This document shows positions 1 to 13,460 of a stretch of 64,000 bases of DNA, one piece after another. The stretch covers positions 57,598,001 through 57,662,000 of the forward strand of contig NC_087446.1 in assembly GCF_036321535.1 (NCBI RefSeq). Reading direction: 5' to 3'. The position numbers and the translations under genes are program-made. The notes beneath the pieces are model-generated. The model searched no databases and was not told where the DNA came from. It saw only the letters and a program-made list of their open reading frames with translations. Numbering within the stretch: position 1 is the stretch's first letter; each line of letters begins with the position of its first letter. The DNA is from Camelus dromedarius (Eukaryota).

Positions 1-249
1 CCGACTTCTACAACTCTTGCACGTGATGCTAAGGACAGTTACACAGAGAAAGTGGTCCCAGACACTTTTTATTTATGAATAATACTTCCTTTCCAAACCC
101 CTAACTACAGTCTGCATAGGAAAGTAGGCTAGAAAGTATTTTTAATATTATTTAGGTCATTATTAAGAACTACTATTTCTGTACCAGGCATCATCCTAGC
201 TGTCTGTATGTACTATCCGAATTTTCAAAATCAAGACAAAACAAGACAA

Positions 250-392
250 CTTGTAACAAATTATCCTTATTTTAACTTGTGAAAAAAATGAACTTCAATA
301 AGTAACAGTAAATTACCCAGGATCACATTGCTAGTTAGTAAGAGAGACAGATCTCAAATTCATTTCTGTTTGACTCCAAAGGCTGTGTGCTA
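250..392 (-). mobile_element. MIR SINE fragment
   Basis: ttacccaggatcacattgctagttagt...tgactccaaaggc resembles the reverse MIR core (cttgcccaaggtcacacagctagtaag...tgactccaaagc); boundaries approximate. Confidence 0.55.
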
Positions 393-764
393 CTCAGAAC
401 CAGCACCCCCAGGAGTTTGCAGCAGAGTAGGGTACAGGCATGCCCAGAGAGCGGTAACTTCTGTTTGTGGGTTGGGTTTGGAGGTGCGAAAGGAGACTTT
501 TAGGCTCTCAGACACTCAGGTGCAAAAAGAGACTCCTAGTAACCTGATGTCACACCAGGTTACATCAGGCTGATATAATTTACTGTAGTATCCTGTCATT
601 TAACACATGTGACATGCCATTTAAAAAGCTGGAAAGCTCTGTAATAGAGTGGGTATGTACTTGGAGAAGCTTCTTACATGTTTAATATACGGCCTGGCAC
701 AGAGTTAAACTGTCTTGAAATTTGTAGGTAATTGTTTCTGTATGCCTGGGATAATCTCATAATT

Positions 765-806
765 TCTCTCTCTCTCTGTCTCTCTCTCTCTCTCTCTCAC
801 ACACAC
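765..806. repeat. (TC)n-(AC)n compound microsatellite
   Basis: Directly visible; explains spurious ORF 732..1004 (LSLSLS). Confidence 0.95.
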
Positions 807-1524
807 CCCTTTATCTTGAGCTCTATCTCAGTCCTTTTACTTATTTATTTATTTGTGGAGGATGACTTCCAAAGAACCCGTGGGTTCATAAACCACACTA
901 GGATCCATAAACCACAGTTAGCCAATCAAGCCATTGGACTCCCTGATCAGTTCAAGGTTGCACCTCTAACCCAGGCTTCAAAAATGACCATTTTCTCTCT
1001 ATAAACAAGGACTCAATTAGTTAGGCATGAGGGCAAAATCAGTTCAGTAAAACTCAAGTCAATAAATGTAAATGTTAGAGAGAATATTATTTTCTGTTAG
1101 AATTAGAGCTATGAATATAAAAAAAGAAACTAGGGTCTTTGGGAGACACGAAAGAGGGCATGTTTACATGACTATGAAGCCAGTATACAGAAAATCAGGG
1201 TCAAGAAAGAACTGGGGAAGTGTAAATACCAATGACGTAACTTGGTTTCCTGTAAGGAACCTTAGCAACTGCTAGCATCCCTAGAAATTTCAGGTTGGAT
1301 TTTCTATGCTCATAATCAAAACGAGTCTATTTATTTGTTCTATCTGATAAATGTTATCTCTGTGCCACTCTGTACATCCCAGCCCTTGGCAGCTTTCCAG
1401 ACTTTTCTTGTTCAAAGAAAACTAATGAAAGACAGATGCATTCAGGACTTCAGTTAATTGCAATGTACCAATGCTTCTTTCTTTGACATATCTTTTTATT
1501 TTGATGGTAGCATAATGATCATAC

Positions 1525-2150
1525 TGTTACTAAAACAAACTTGAGTCCACATGCCCATGCTCAGTAAAATCACAATCAGGCTGTGGTGAAGGAAAGTGCA
1601 GGTGAAAAACCAGGAGTGTGGGCAGCTAATGCTCAAAAAACTCAAACTCCCTGATGGGTTTCAAGGAAGCCTTTTTAAAATCAACTTGAAGGAGGAGAGT
1701 CACACGGGCATGATCAGCTCATGCACAATTCTCTGACTAATGATGAGGTGACAGGGCAGGGTCACAGGAGTTAAGGCTTATCTGGTCTGGGGGCCGTGTT
1801 CACAGTCATCATGCAGTTAACTTCGTCCATTTGGTGGGGGTTTTAGTACCTATAAAACAACTCAGGCATGTGCATCAGACGCTGTTACCTATGTCCTTCA
1901 GGAAGGAACTAAAGATTCTGCGATTGCTGCATGGTTGATACACTGTTTAAAATTGTTACCAGTTCTCCCAGCACCACTGCTATTTCTGTCCCTACATGTT
2001 CACATCCTTTTAATCATTAATTCTTGAGTCAGGCTTTTGTGACTCAGAGGAGGTCTGGGAGAAGACAGCTTTTCTACAGGCAAGAGGCAGGCAGAGGACG
2101 TGGGGGTGGTTCTGTCCTAGGAAGGCCCCACAGGGTCATGTTTGGTTACA
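1525..2150 (-). mobile_element. Solo LTR of a class I (ERV1-type) endogenous retrovirus, 626 bp
   Basis: Termini TGTTAC...GTTACA (TG...CA) flanked by a perfect 4-bp TSD ATAC (1521-1524 and 2151-2154); 4-bp TSD is typical of ERV1; strand inferred, family not identified. Confidence 0.8.
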
Positions 2151-5100
2151 ATACAAGATATTTACATTAGCAGAAACTGGGTAAAAAATTTCCCAAATGA
2201 AAGAGTTTACTGAAAATCAATCTGTCCCCCAAAATGTCAACAAAAACTACTTGATGTCATTAGGGAACAAAAATAGCACCTAGGACTTGAGAAGCCTGGG
2301 TCTTGGAGAGGATACTTACCAAGAGGATCCCATATATTCGACAACTTTGTATTAGAATATTTTGCTCTTTTCCACGTAGTTGGTGGTAAACATCACTCCC
2401 AGTGATGGTGTGTGAAAGCTTTCTTCTCCCGCACGAGGCTGGAGGGAAACAAATGGGAATCCTTATCTATCAGTGTAAGCGGGACCTTTCCTGGAGAAAA
2501 GAAACTTGTCTAAAAAGCAACTGAAGACTCATCAGCCTGACATTTTTCAGTGCTTTTTCCATCAACACGTTTAATCAATCTCAATCCTCAAGCAATGGAA
2601 GCCTGAGACCACAAGTATAAAGCAGCAGCTAGCTGATGAAGAATCTTAGAAGAAATTCTTGCTAGTCTCTGAACATTTTTGCCATTTATGTTGCCAAGTT
2701 GAAAGACCCTGGGTAAAATACAGGCTTTCAGTTCAGAGCACTGTAATCTTATATCCTAAGAATAAACACAATGAATTCATCATTTCTCAAGAAGTATGAA
2801 ACATAGGAAGCACGAAACATCATCTCATTCCTTGTTTTGACCAAGGCTGTCTACCTTCACCTGTGGGTCAAGATAAATGAAATCCTAATTGTAGAAATAA
2901 ATCATTTTCCAGAGCCTTTAACATTTGCATATAGTTATGAGTATAGAGGAAACAATTTACAAGCATACCAGAGTTTCAAATGATCAAAAGTTAAAAAACA
3001 AACAAAAAAAAACACACACACACACAAATAGAAAGAGACTCAAGATCTACATATATTTAGTGCACAATATATAAAGAAATTAACAACTTAAGATAACTGG
3101 TATTTGGACAATAACTGACAAATATCAGAGCTATTTAAAACAAAATTAATTTATTTTTATCTGTTTAGATGTTCGGGCTGGTATGTCAAAGCTCTTCCTT
3201 AAAGTCATTGTATTTCTATGCTGGTATGACCTACAGCGGTGTCAGAATTCTGGATGTGTTCTGTCTTCCTTATTCACCCTTCCTAGTCATTTACTCGTAC
3301 TCATGGCTCAAAAAAGGCCTGCTACCACATCTACATAACAATAGTGAGAGGGGGGCAAAGTGGAAGAGGAGGAACAACCACTTGAATCAGAAGATAATCC
3401 ACGCAAGTTGAACAAGGGATCTTCATTTACATCCTTTGGACAGAATTTAGTTACATGGACACAACAAGTCACAAGGAAGGCTAGCTACAGACACTGATAA
3501 ATACGCATTCAATGTAGAAAAGGTAGAGAATGCTTAGTTATGAGATATCAGTTTAAAATCCAGTAGAAAATACCACAGAGACTGTTTGGAGAAAAGACAG
3601 CTTTCAGAAAAGCAGCTGAGGTCATACAGGACACGAAGTGGTAGACGTGTCTGGAGAATTAATACTGGTGCCTTTGGCCTGAGGGACACATTTTTCTATG
3701 ACAGCCCAAGTTCTCTGACTTATATAGTCAATTTTTATTACCAATTAAAATAATATTTTCTTTTCTGTTTCCAAATCCTTCCGTATGTGTTTGGGATTTC
3801 AAAACTTGAGTGTGTGGGAGGGCAAAATATACTAAGGAAATCGACACTGAATTCTCTGGAGACATAAAGGAGGTTTTTGTTTTAATATATAATTTTACTT
3901 TTTAAAATATTTAGTGCCTGAGAAGAACACTTGTATAACGTATAATTTTGATCCTCTGGAAACGATTTCCTTGAATCTCATATCCTCCTGAGATGTCTTC
4001 ATAATCTTTAGATCTGTTCCTTCAGGGCACGGAAAGCATAAATACTCCATGGGATAAATGTTGGCTAACTTTTTGTGGCATTGTGGGTAATGCTTGGAAA
4101 TGTGTTCCACACACAAATAATCAAATTGTTGTAATGGGAAAATGTTATACTCTAGTCCAAATATCTGAGGGAAAAAAAAAGCTTTAGTTACACAGCATTT
4201 ACTTTTATCAAGTTGCCATAAACGGGTAAGAAAAAACAGGCATAGACGAAGGGGTGGAGTGAGATCCATTCCAACAGGAACGGAACATCAGTGTCTCTGT
4301 TCAGCATGATGGTAAAGGAGCTGAACACTGAAGCAGAGAGGATTTTGTCAGAATTAATGTCTGTATCTATTGCCTTAAAAAAGATGTTTGTAAGTATTTT
4401 TGACAAACGGCTTTGGATTCAAAAAGATAAAAAGAATTGGTATGTCTAAAATTTAAAGACCATATTTCTTGTTAGATATATTTTAACTTACTTTTATTCT
4501 GTTTTTCCCATTATTAATCTCTTTTTTTTAACCTTTTAAATTTTGATTTGAGGAAAATGATGAAGGAAGACATATGAAGTACAATGATAATTTAGTACTG
4601 AAAAACTTTTCCTTTTTAAATTTATCTAATACTGACAATATCTAACAAAACTAAACTTCATTACCTTCATAGGCCTGCCTTGCTAATGGTTTGTAATGTG
4701 AACTTTGTTATTTTTTCACAGTGTGTGTTGGAATTAGCTGGTGTTTGTGATTGTTGAATCTTGACAAAGAAGTAATTTGACATGGTAAAATTCTGATTAT
4801 GTGTTCAGATACATGCATTTCTACTATTGTTGCCATTGAGCCATTTGTGTAAATAAAAAAAATTGAAATACATTGCTTCATGATTATGTGAATGTTAAAG
4901 CAATGTCCAGGATAAGAACAGTCACTTCTGTTGTATATGTCTATGTTATTACGAGAGCAGATCTCATTCTTTAATCTTAGAATCCTTAAGCTTCTCTAGA
5001 TATTACTGGAACAACTTTTATTTGTCCTTCTATGCTTATTTTTCTTGATAGATATGCCTTTTCAATAAAAATGTGTGTTTGAGAGAGTGGAAATAATAAT

Positions 5101-6297
5101 CTTGATAACCTCAATGCAGAACACATTGTCTTAGAGTGCCCATCACAAAGACTTAATCATCTTAACGTGTTTGATGATGAAGAAACTGAGGAAGTAACAT
5201 TTCCTTAGCAATATCATTGACCTTTTTTGTTAAAGAAATACACTATATCTGGTCTAAAATTATTTGTACAAAATGTTGTACTTTTAAGAGGACAGCTTTG
5301 AAAAATACACTTTCAAACTGAATCCTGACCTTGAATTTGTTAGCTCTGCAAATCTGAACAGCAGGGCTGTCTCACTTGATATATGCCCAGTGTGGAGAAT
5401 GGTTACCTACAGTTAATGTTTCTTTAATGACATGTTAGTCATACATTTAAATATCCTTGGGATTGGGAAATGGGTGCCTCCTAACTTTCTGCCAACAATT
5501 CTGAGACTCATTATATATGTTTGAAATTACCAAATACTCACTCCCGATCACTCACTCCCGATCAGCCTTGCTGATCTCAAAATTGTTCATCTTTTCAGTC
5601 TATATTTAGGGCAAAGAATAAAGTGTTAAGTGTGAAGAACAGAAGCAGATGGAGAGAAATTTCGTTAGTCACAATTTCCTCCTTACGATTTTTATTTGCT
5701 AATTTTTACTTACTACATTACTTATTTTACTTACAACTTTAAATATTTTAATTTTTTAAAAAATGACTTCTTTGCATATTCCCATCTTCTTTTAAATTTT
5801 TCTGAAAACAACTATCCTATCTCTAAGAGCCCTTCTGCCTTTCTAGGTTTCCATAAGTCTCTGTCTTTCTCTTTTCTCTTCCTCTTAAGCCTTCCACAAT
5901 TTCCTGAACACATGTTTATATATTTTTATCTGCTCGTGTGTCCTGTATTTCCACTTCTTTTTTTTTTTTTTTTTTTTTTTTGACCTGGTCTACTCTCAGA
6001 ATCGTAACATGTAGAGGAAAACTCCAATTTCTTGTTACACATACTGAAATTTTCAGATTATTTCTGCTGATTTGGGGGGCAGGGACCAAAATGGGAAGTG
6101 TGAGAGCAGTAATAGAGACTGAGAAAGGAAATACTAATGAGGACAGCAAATAAATACATTCCCAATGTCTCACATTCACTTATCTGAAATAGGATCTCAC
6201 AAGCCATGGAAGTACACGGCACAGTTATCAGGCATTTGAGTTTGATTGAGTAAAATGGTGTAGGTACATTAGCCATGATATTAACGATGGCTAGGGC

Positions 6298-6333
6298 TGT
6301 GTGTGTGTGTATGTGTGTGTGTGTGTGTGTGTG
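6298..6333. repeat. (GT)n microsatellite
   Basis: Directly visible. Confidence 0.95.
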
Positions 6334-6785
6334 AATGAAAAACACGGGCTGATATACACATGACAGGAATCATTTTGCGCTTCTTACGCAAATCTCTTAA
6401 TTAAACAGGAAATGACATTAATCCCAACTCTTGCAATAAAATCAAGACAGGAAAAACCATTTTTCTATACTTTAAGGCTATTTAATTTATCTCTAATTTA
6501 TTCACATAAAAACAATCAAAATTTACTACCATCACATAGGTTATTCTGCGTTAGAACTGCAATTAAGATTGATATATCTGTCCAGATACTCTGGACAAGC
6601 AAACTGTTGTTCCTCCTGGCTTAACCATTGTTAAAACTTGAATGAGCATTGTGTTATTCTATCTGAAACATAATTTTGCTAACTTTACCTTAAACACTAG
6701 TTATCATTATTATTTTTCCATTGAAATCATCATTTTCTTTATTTCCTATTTTTCCTATGTAGACCTGGAAGAGTGTAGGCCAGTA

Positions 6786-6926
6786 ATGGGAAACCGTATA
6801 AGAATGACAGTGTTTATCCTCGCAGGTTTGACTGATGACCCACAATTGAAAGTTGTGTTATTTATCTTCTTGCTTCTCACCTACTTGCTGAGCATCACTG
6901 GCAATCTCATCATCATCACACTCACT
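6786..6926 (+). pseudogene. 5' fragment (N-terminus to TM1, 47 codons) of an OR6C-family olfactory receptor
   Basis: [47 protein letters not shown] matches the OR6C N-terminus and TM1 GN motif; polypyrimidine-AG acceptor at 6761-6762; homology stops before PMYFFL. Confidence 0.85.
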
Positions 6927-9900
6927 ATCACCAAGAAAACACTGAAAAAAATTTTAAAACCTTATTTCAGTTTCTGTGATTTTGTTGTTATACTGTACCA
7001 CTAGACAATGTATCATATATATATACACACACATTTTTATGATAAATGAATTGTTCATTAATGATAACCATGGTAATTCTCTATTCTTGCTTTTATTATT
7101 TTCCTTTTCTTGATTTCAATATTTATCTTAGTTATTTTTATTTTTGTAGAATAAAACTATTTAAATATCATAGCATTTTCAATATTGGTATATTTTCATT
7201 TTATAATTTTATACATACTACTACATAACATTATTTTCTACTACCTCAAATTTCAAGTTTAATTTCCTATTAGAATTAAGAATTATTTTAGGTTTTCTCT
7301 GCTTTGTTTTCAAAATTTGTTAGTTCCTGTTCTTTTTTTCTCTTAAAAATTATTTTCCTGTTTTATAATTTTTCAGAAATTTTGATTTTGTCCTATATTT
7401 GTATCTCATAAATGTTATTTTTTAACTTAGTGTGTTATCAAATTAATCATTTTCTATAGATATTTTGGGGAAATGTGTTTTATCTGTATAGTAAATTGTT
7501 TCATACATAAGTAACAAAAATTTATTGAAGTTTTATTAATTTTTCAACTTGTTCTGTTGCCAATATAGCTTTCATTATAGTAAATTTATGCTTATATTTA
7601 AATTTTAAAAATATATCTTGCTATGCTGCTCATATTATAAATTTTCAATACTATTTCCCTTTTGTGGATTGAACCAAGTAGTGTGAAGAAGAAAAACATG
7701 GCAATTTTGAAGACTCATTTGAATATGATAACTTGTGCATGACAAGCTGAATTGTGAAACTAGAGTGAATAATTTAAAGGAATTGACAAACCTCCTGTTT
7801 TAAATGTTTGTTTTATTTTCTGTAAAACATGATTAGGTATCTGGTCATTTGAGCTGAATACGGTTCAGCCAGGGAAAAAGAACAGGAAATGGGGTATATG
7901 ATAGTTTACATGGGTTTTTTAATTTGGTCTTTAAAAGAGTCTGTGATAGAAGGCTGGAATTCTTGAGAATTTTAAATGTGAAAACCCCAAAATGTAGAAT
8001 GATTAGCCCATGGGCACACGTCTTATTGGTGCCAATTCACCGCTAGATTTCAGCACTCTCTATATCAAATTCCATATTTTTTTCACAGTAGCTTACCTCA
8101 ACTTAGACTTGTTAAGATAAAAATATTTCTTAATAACTAGGTATCACCCCCACCCCAGTCCTGAAGATTTGAATAATTGGTGAGGAAATTTCTGATTCAC
8201 TTTTTTTCCAAGGAGAGTACCGTCTTAATTATGCCAGAGGACAAAATCCCTCTAAGATACTCTTTTCGTTTAAAGTGTCTAATGTACCTTCCGGAGTTTA
8301 TAGTTAAAAGAAACTTACATCTTTAAGGCAGCAAACCCTGGAGACCAATCAGAAACTCACAGAGAACTCTTCTATTGTTGCCATTAATCATCTTTGTCCT
8401 TGGAGAATATTATACAAATATTTTTAATTAATGATGAAGTCATCCTCAGGGTAGCATGTTTGGAACCAGTTCTACTTTGATGGTTTCCAAATAGTGTAAT
8501 ACCCAACAGATGTCTAAAATAATACTGCATTTTCACAGCAAGTGTGCCAGTTAGAGAGAGACCTAAGAGAGACAGAATCATGCCTTAGAGAAGGTTAATG
8601 AGAAAATGGGACTCCACTGGTCTCAAAGTACAGTTGGGGGATAGGGTAGCTAATTCCTCAAACTTCCTCAGACAAATTGATCTGGTTTTGCCATAATTAG
8701 CTGTAGGTTATGCCAGGGCAACCGGATGATTCCCATAGCAGGTAACTTTTGTATCCTGCTATGAATTATCTTAAATAAAGCCCATGCAAAATAACTCACA
8801 ATTTTAATCAGTCTCATTGGGCCCTATTAAAAAGTAAATTTAGTCAAAGAACAAAATTAGAAAGAACTTAAAGAAATCTCTGAATAGGCGATTATAGGAC
8901 AACACAAGCTTGAAACAGTTTTAAGTGGTACATTAAATATTTTAAAATATAGAGTCAGAAGCAAGTGTTTGCTTAAGTTTTCATACTTGTCCTACACTCA
9001 CAGACAAACACACATATCCTCACAGGAATCTCTTGGGTGAATGTCAGCATTAATGGATTAGTTTCCAAAGAGTCCACATGTTAAAAGTAATTTTAGTGTA
9101 TATGCAAACACTGTTATTTTCTGACTCCTTCCATGGGGAATTTTATCTGCCCTTGACCACATTTTAAAAAATCTATTTGAAGGAATACTTTGTAGCTTTC
9201 TGTTTAAACTCATTTTACATTTCTTACTGTCTGGAAGTTAGTTCAGAATTTATTTACATTTATTATTCCTCCAGTGGAAATAATGATCTTATATTATTCA
9301 TCAGGTTTAATAAATAGAATCTAGAATAAATAGGGAAAAATAAAAACTCTTTCTCTAAAACTGTTTTCTCTATACATGGACAAATTTGAATCACTGTTTC
9401 TCTTACTTCTCACACACACATAAAACAATATTTTACCCAATTTCTTGGCATTTTAAGTATAGATTTTAAAAATCAGTTTGAATGGTAAGATGCCATTAAA
9501 TCATTTCTCTTGAGATGCTGTTATTGGGAGAATTTTTTTAATCACTTTTTGTTGAGTTATAGTCATTTTATATATTGGGAGAATTAAAGAAGGCATTTCC
9601 ATTAATCAATTAGATAAATACATTACAATTTTACTTCCTCAGTTAACGTACTCATTATTTATATTCCCTTCAAGGTCACAAATGTAGATTATAGATGTTT
9701 TATACACATACATAGATGTATATAACCCCCTCGGGGCTATCGTTTGATTGATTAGACTGAGTAGTTGTTTTGAACTACGTTACGTACTATCACAGTGTGA
9801 TGCAGTGATCTCAACCAGTCTTTTTAACCAGAGCAGCCACACAAATAAAGAATTAATTTCACCACTCATGATTTTAGGATTTGATATCAATTAAATATCA

Positions 9901-11360
9901 AAATCATAGCACAAGCAACCTGTAGTAGCTATTAAGTATACACAGGATCTGAGGAATGGCTATCGAAAAATCCTCGTCCAAATCTTCTCAAAGACATCTA
10001 TTAGCCACCACAAAAGAGTTTTCTTCCTGTCACCCACCAAGAGTTTGAAATAACTCGGGGAAGATAATTATGGGGAGGAATTATTTGACTGTGATGATTA
10101 AAACTGGTAAATATGAAAGAAGTGAGTGAAAAGGTGAAAATGATAAATCTGTCTGTAACTACATAAAACAATGTGTAGAGTCTTTCTACTTATATGTTCA
10201 GAATAATTGAAAAAGGAAACAAGGCATTATGCCAGCTGTTCATCAAAAATAATGCATATTATACCTTCTGACTGAGGCTAATTTCAGACACTAAATAATT
10301 AAGCCATAATTCATAAATGTTTTTACATTTCCAAGAATCTCATATCATTTCTAGATGGGGGATTAATTATTTTACCTAAGAGAGGTAATGTTTTAAATTT
10401 TAAAGCTTTCCCTAAAGTATTTAGATATTCTTATTATCATTTTTAGTTAAATAAGAGAATTTGTTTTGATGATAGGTTATCAGATGATTATGGAACAGAA
10501 ATTATTCTTAATTACATTTAATTACACTTGTCTATCTTATAGCATTCATGCATATAAATAATCCCTCCAAAGACTGGAAAACACATTCTACCTAAAGATA
10601 GAGGGTGGGGATCTGGAAGGCGGATGACAGTGGAGATTTACATTTTAGGTGCCCTCTTTTAGTGTTTAACATTTTCAAACGCAAAATGTGTTTTCTTATT
10701 TCATGGAGGTGCCTTAAATAATTTAACTTAACAAAAAATTCAAAGTGAATCCTTTCTATGTGCTTCCTAAACAAATAACCAGTTAGCATATACTTAAATA
10801 GCTTCATCAATTGAGCATTTCATATTTTTGAATGCTGTCTATTTCATTTTCAAATGGCTCTGCCTCTTGGAAAGGTTTTTTTTCATACTAAGCAGAAGAG
10901 TGCTTTCCTGTGAGTTCCTCCCATTCCTTTAAATTCTACCCTTTTCACCTTTGTGAATAAATCAGACCCCTTGTATCAGTCCTTTACATGTCTCATGATA
11001 GTGACTTCACTCTTCTTGTATGATACTCAGCTCTTCTAATGCAGTTTATAAATTATTGTAGAGAGGGATTCTAAGGAGTTATAAATGCTGTTGAGAATAA
11101 TAGGTGACAAAAAAAAAATGAGTCATATGTGAAATGCTCTTCCTTTGGTATACACATGAAACAGTGAAGAAGCAAAAGAGGGAAGGATCCTATGTCCTTG
11201 AGTAAATTTTAAATAATTTTAATAAATGTAATACTTTTAACAGAATTGCATATGTCACATTATCTTAATAGCTAAAAATGTCACAAAGTGTCGGATTTTT
11301 TTTAAAGGTGTAAAAATGTCCAGACTTAACCTGCACTCAGATACAATTACCACACATTCC

Positions 11361-11379
11361 GTCCACCAGATGGCACTGT
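11361..11379 (+). promoter_or_regulatory. CTCF-binding motif (predicted)
   Basis: gtCCACCAGATGGCACtgt matches the CTCF core CCASYAGRKGGCRS at all positions; binding untested. Confidence 0.6.
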
Positions 11380-12094
11380 TAGGGAGCTCTTCATAGGCAA
11401 GTCGATTGATGGTCTTCCTAACTCCATACAGTGAAATAAACTGCCTCTGAATGTAGCTAACTGAAAGCATAGTGAAACATATTTAAAATAGATTTCTTTC
11501 CTCTAACCCATGGTTGGTGGAGTGTCAAGAAAATGTATAAACTGAGTATTTTATATACTTCTAATTTCCTATAAAATTTTTGAAATTAAAAATACAAATT
11601 GGCTAAATTGGTTTGGGGATTGGGGTAAGGTTAGGTACGTTAATACCATGTGACTGAATTAACCTTCCATATCTGTGTTTTTTCTTTAGCCTTTTTTTTT
11701 TTTTTGCTTTTATGCTTAAGAAATTTTGTTCACCTTAACCAGTTTATTCTTCGAGTTCAAACTTCCCGAATCCTCTGTTTTCATTATCAACAGAAAGCTG
11801 ATATTTGGGACCAGGCCTAATCAGGCCCTGAGTATCATTTGCTCAAACAAGTTATGATCTTTCCAAGGCAGCTGCAGACCTCATTGCCACAGCCAAAGAC
11901 AATGCGGGGAATTTCCTGTGAATTAACTAAAACATTTTGAGTATGTTTTATAAATAATTTTTCTTCATATCTGCAACAAGGAGGAAGTGGACTGCTGCAC
12001 CATTCAGTCACCTCTAAATGTGAACCCTGAAGAAAAGGGTATAACTTATTTAAAAATATATAATAGTATAATATTTAAGGTCATGAATTTATCA

Positions 12095-12255
12095 TTTACA
12101 AATGCTGTTGCCATTGGCAAGTTTCTTATATTCTCTGTGCCTGTTTTTTCATCTTTAGAATGGAAATAATAATACCCTCCCTGCAGTGTTGTGAGATACA
12201 AGGGAGATAGGCTTGTAAAACACATGCCTGGGATGCAGCTGGTGCCAAATGAATA
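12095..12255 (+). mobile_element. MIR SINE fragment
   Basis: ttggcaagtttcttatattctctgtgcctgttttttcatctttagaatggaaataataata resembles the MIR core. Confidence 0.6.
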
Positions 12256-12479
12256 TCTGATCTAATTATTATTGTCCCCTTTCTTGTAAGGAGAGGTGGC
12301 TTCAGGCGAAGATCTACATTACATTCTCACAATGGCCCGTTGTCTAACTATGGAGAAAGATCTGAAAAGTACAAGATCTGTGGGGTAATAACAAGCAGTT
12401 TGAAGAAGGAATGTAAACTTGAATATCTCACATGGGTTTAAATCTTGAAAATAACTATGTCATTCAGTTTTTCACTCTT

Positions 12480-13460
12480 ACATTGAAATTAATTGAATAC
12501 CTATCATTATCAGACTCTGAACTAAGTTTTGGGGATACAGTAATAAGACATGTCCCTGCCTTCAGGAATCTACAATTTAGTGAAAATACAGGTATTAATA
12601 AAAGAAACGCAACTAAATGAACAATGAAAGCACCATAAGTATGGAAAAACCTGCGACCCAAAGGAAGTTAGGTAGTGTCATAAATTACATAATAGGAAGA
12701 AAAGATGGCATTGTGGCAACAAAACAAAGATTTCATAAATAAGTGATTACTGATTGAGATTTGACGGAAGAACATGGATTAATTAGATGAGAGGAATAGT
12801 TATTGGAGTGGGAGGTTCTGGGGAGAGGAAACAGCATGCACTCTGTCTACATGATGAGATGGTACTCAGGAAACTGAAAGAAAATCACTGAAACCGGAAC
12901 AGAGAGAGCACGGTGCTAGCTGAGGTTGGGAGAGCAAAGAGGATCCAGATCATATGGAGTCATTTTGGCCATGTTAATCGTTTCAGTCTTCACCCTAAAA
13001 ATTATAGGAACTATTGTATGTGCTTGAACATGGTGGCGGTATAATGAAAGTTATACTGTACAACTTATCAGCAGGACTGTAGTTTGGAACAGACTGAGAA
13101 AGTTCAGTCCTAGTGGATGCAAAGAGGTCAAGTAAAGGGTGAAGGATGATGACAATTTGGAGTATGCCAGCAGAAATAAGGAGAGGCAGACGGATTTTCA
13201 TAAGTTTCCTGTGCATCACTGTCATTCTTTTACGGGAGACTGAATATAGTGACAAAGACAGCTATGTTACAAGGACAATCCCGAGATTCCTGTCTTCTGT
13301 ACAGGGTGGATGGTATAGTAATTTGTGCTAAGATATAGAATGGAAAATTCTGGCATATTTTTCAAGGTGGGGTTTACTCACAAGTTTGGTTTGGGTGTGT
13401 CCTGTTGGGATGCCTCGAATTTCCGAGTGTGGTATCAATTAGAAACTGGATCTCAAATTT
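12480..13460 (-). mobile_element. Degenerate L2 LINE 3' fragment
   Basis: attgaatacctatc...ggggatacagtaataagacatgtccctgccttcaggaatctaca followed by purine-rich sequence typical of antisense L2; boundaries approximate. Confidence 0.55.

Noticed and set aside
3895-4406. ORFs of 124 aa and 72 aa on the minus strand
   Set aside because: No recognisable domain; lengths are within chance expectation for a 64-kb six-frame scan
5536-5563. 14-bp tandem duplication actcactcccgatc x2 (also 12-bp atcattgtgatt x2 at 54185-54208)
   Set aside because: Ordinary slippage duplications with no functional context
11906-11916. GGGGAATTTCC, perfect NF-kB-type site
   Set aside because: A single 10-11 bp motif is plausible by chance in 64 kb; no supporting context
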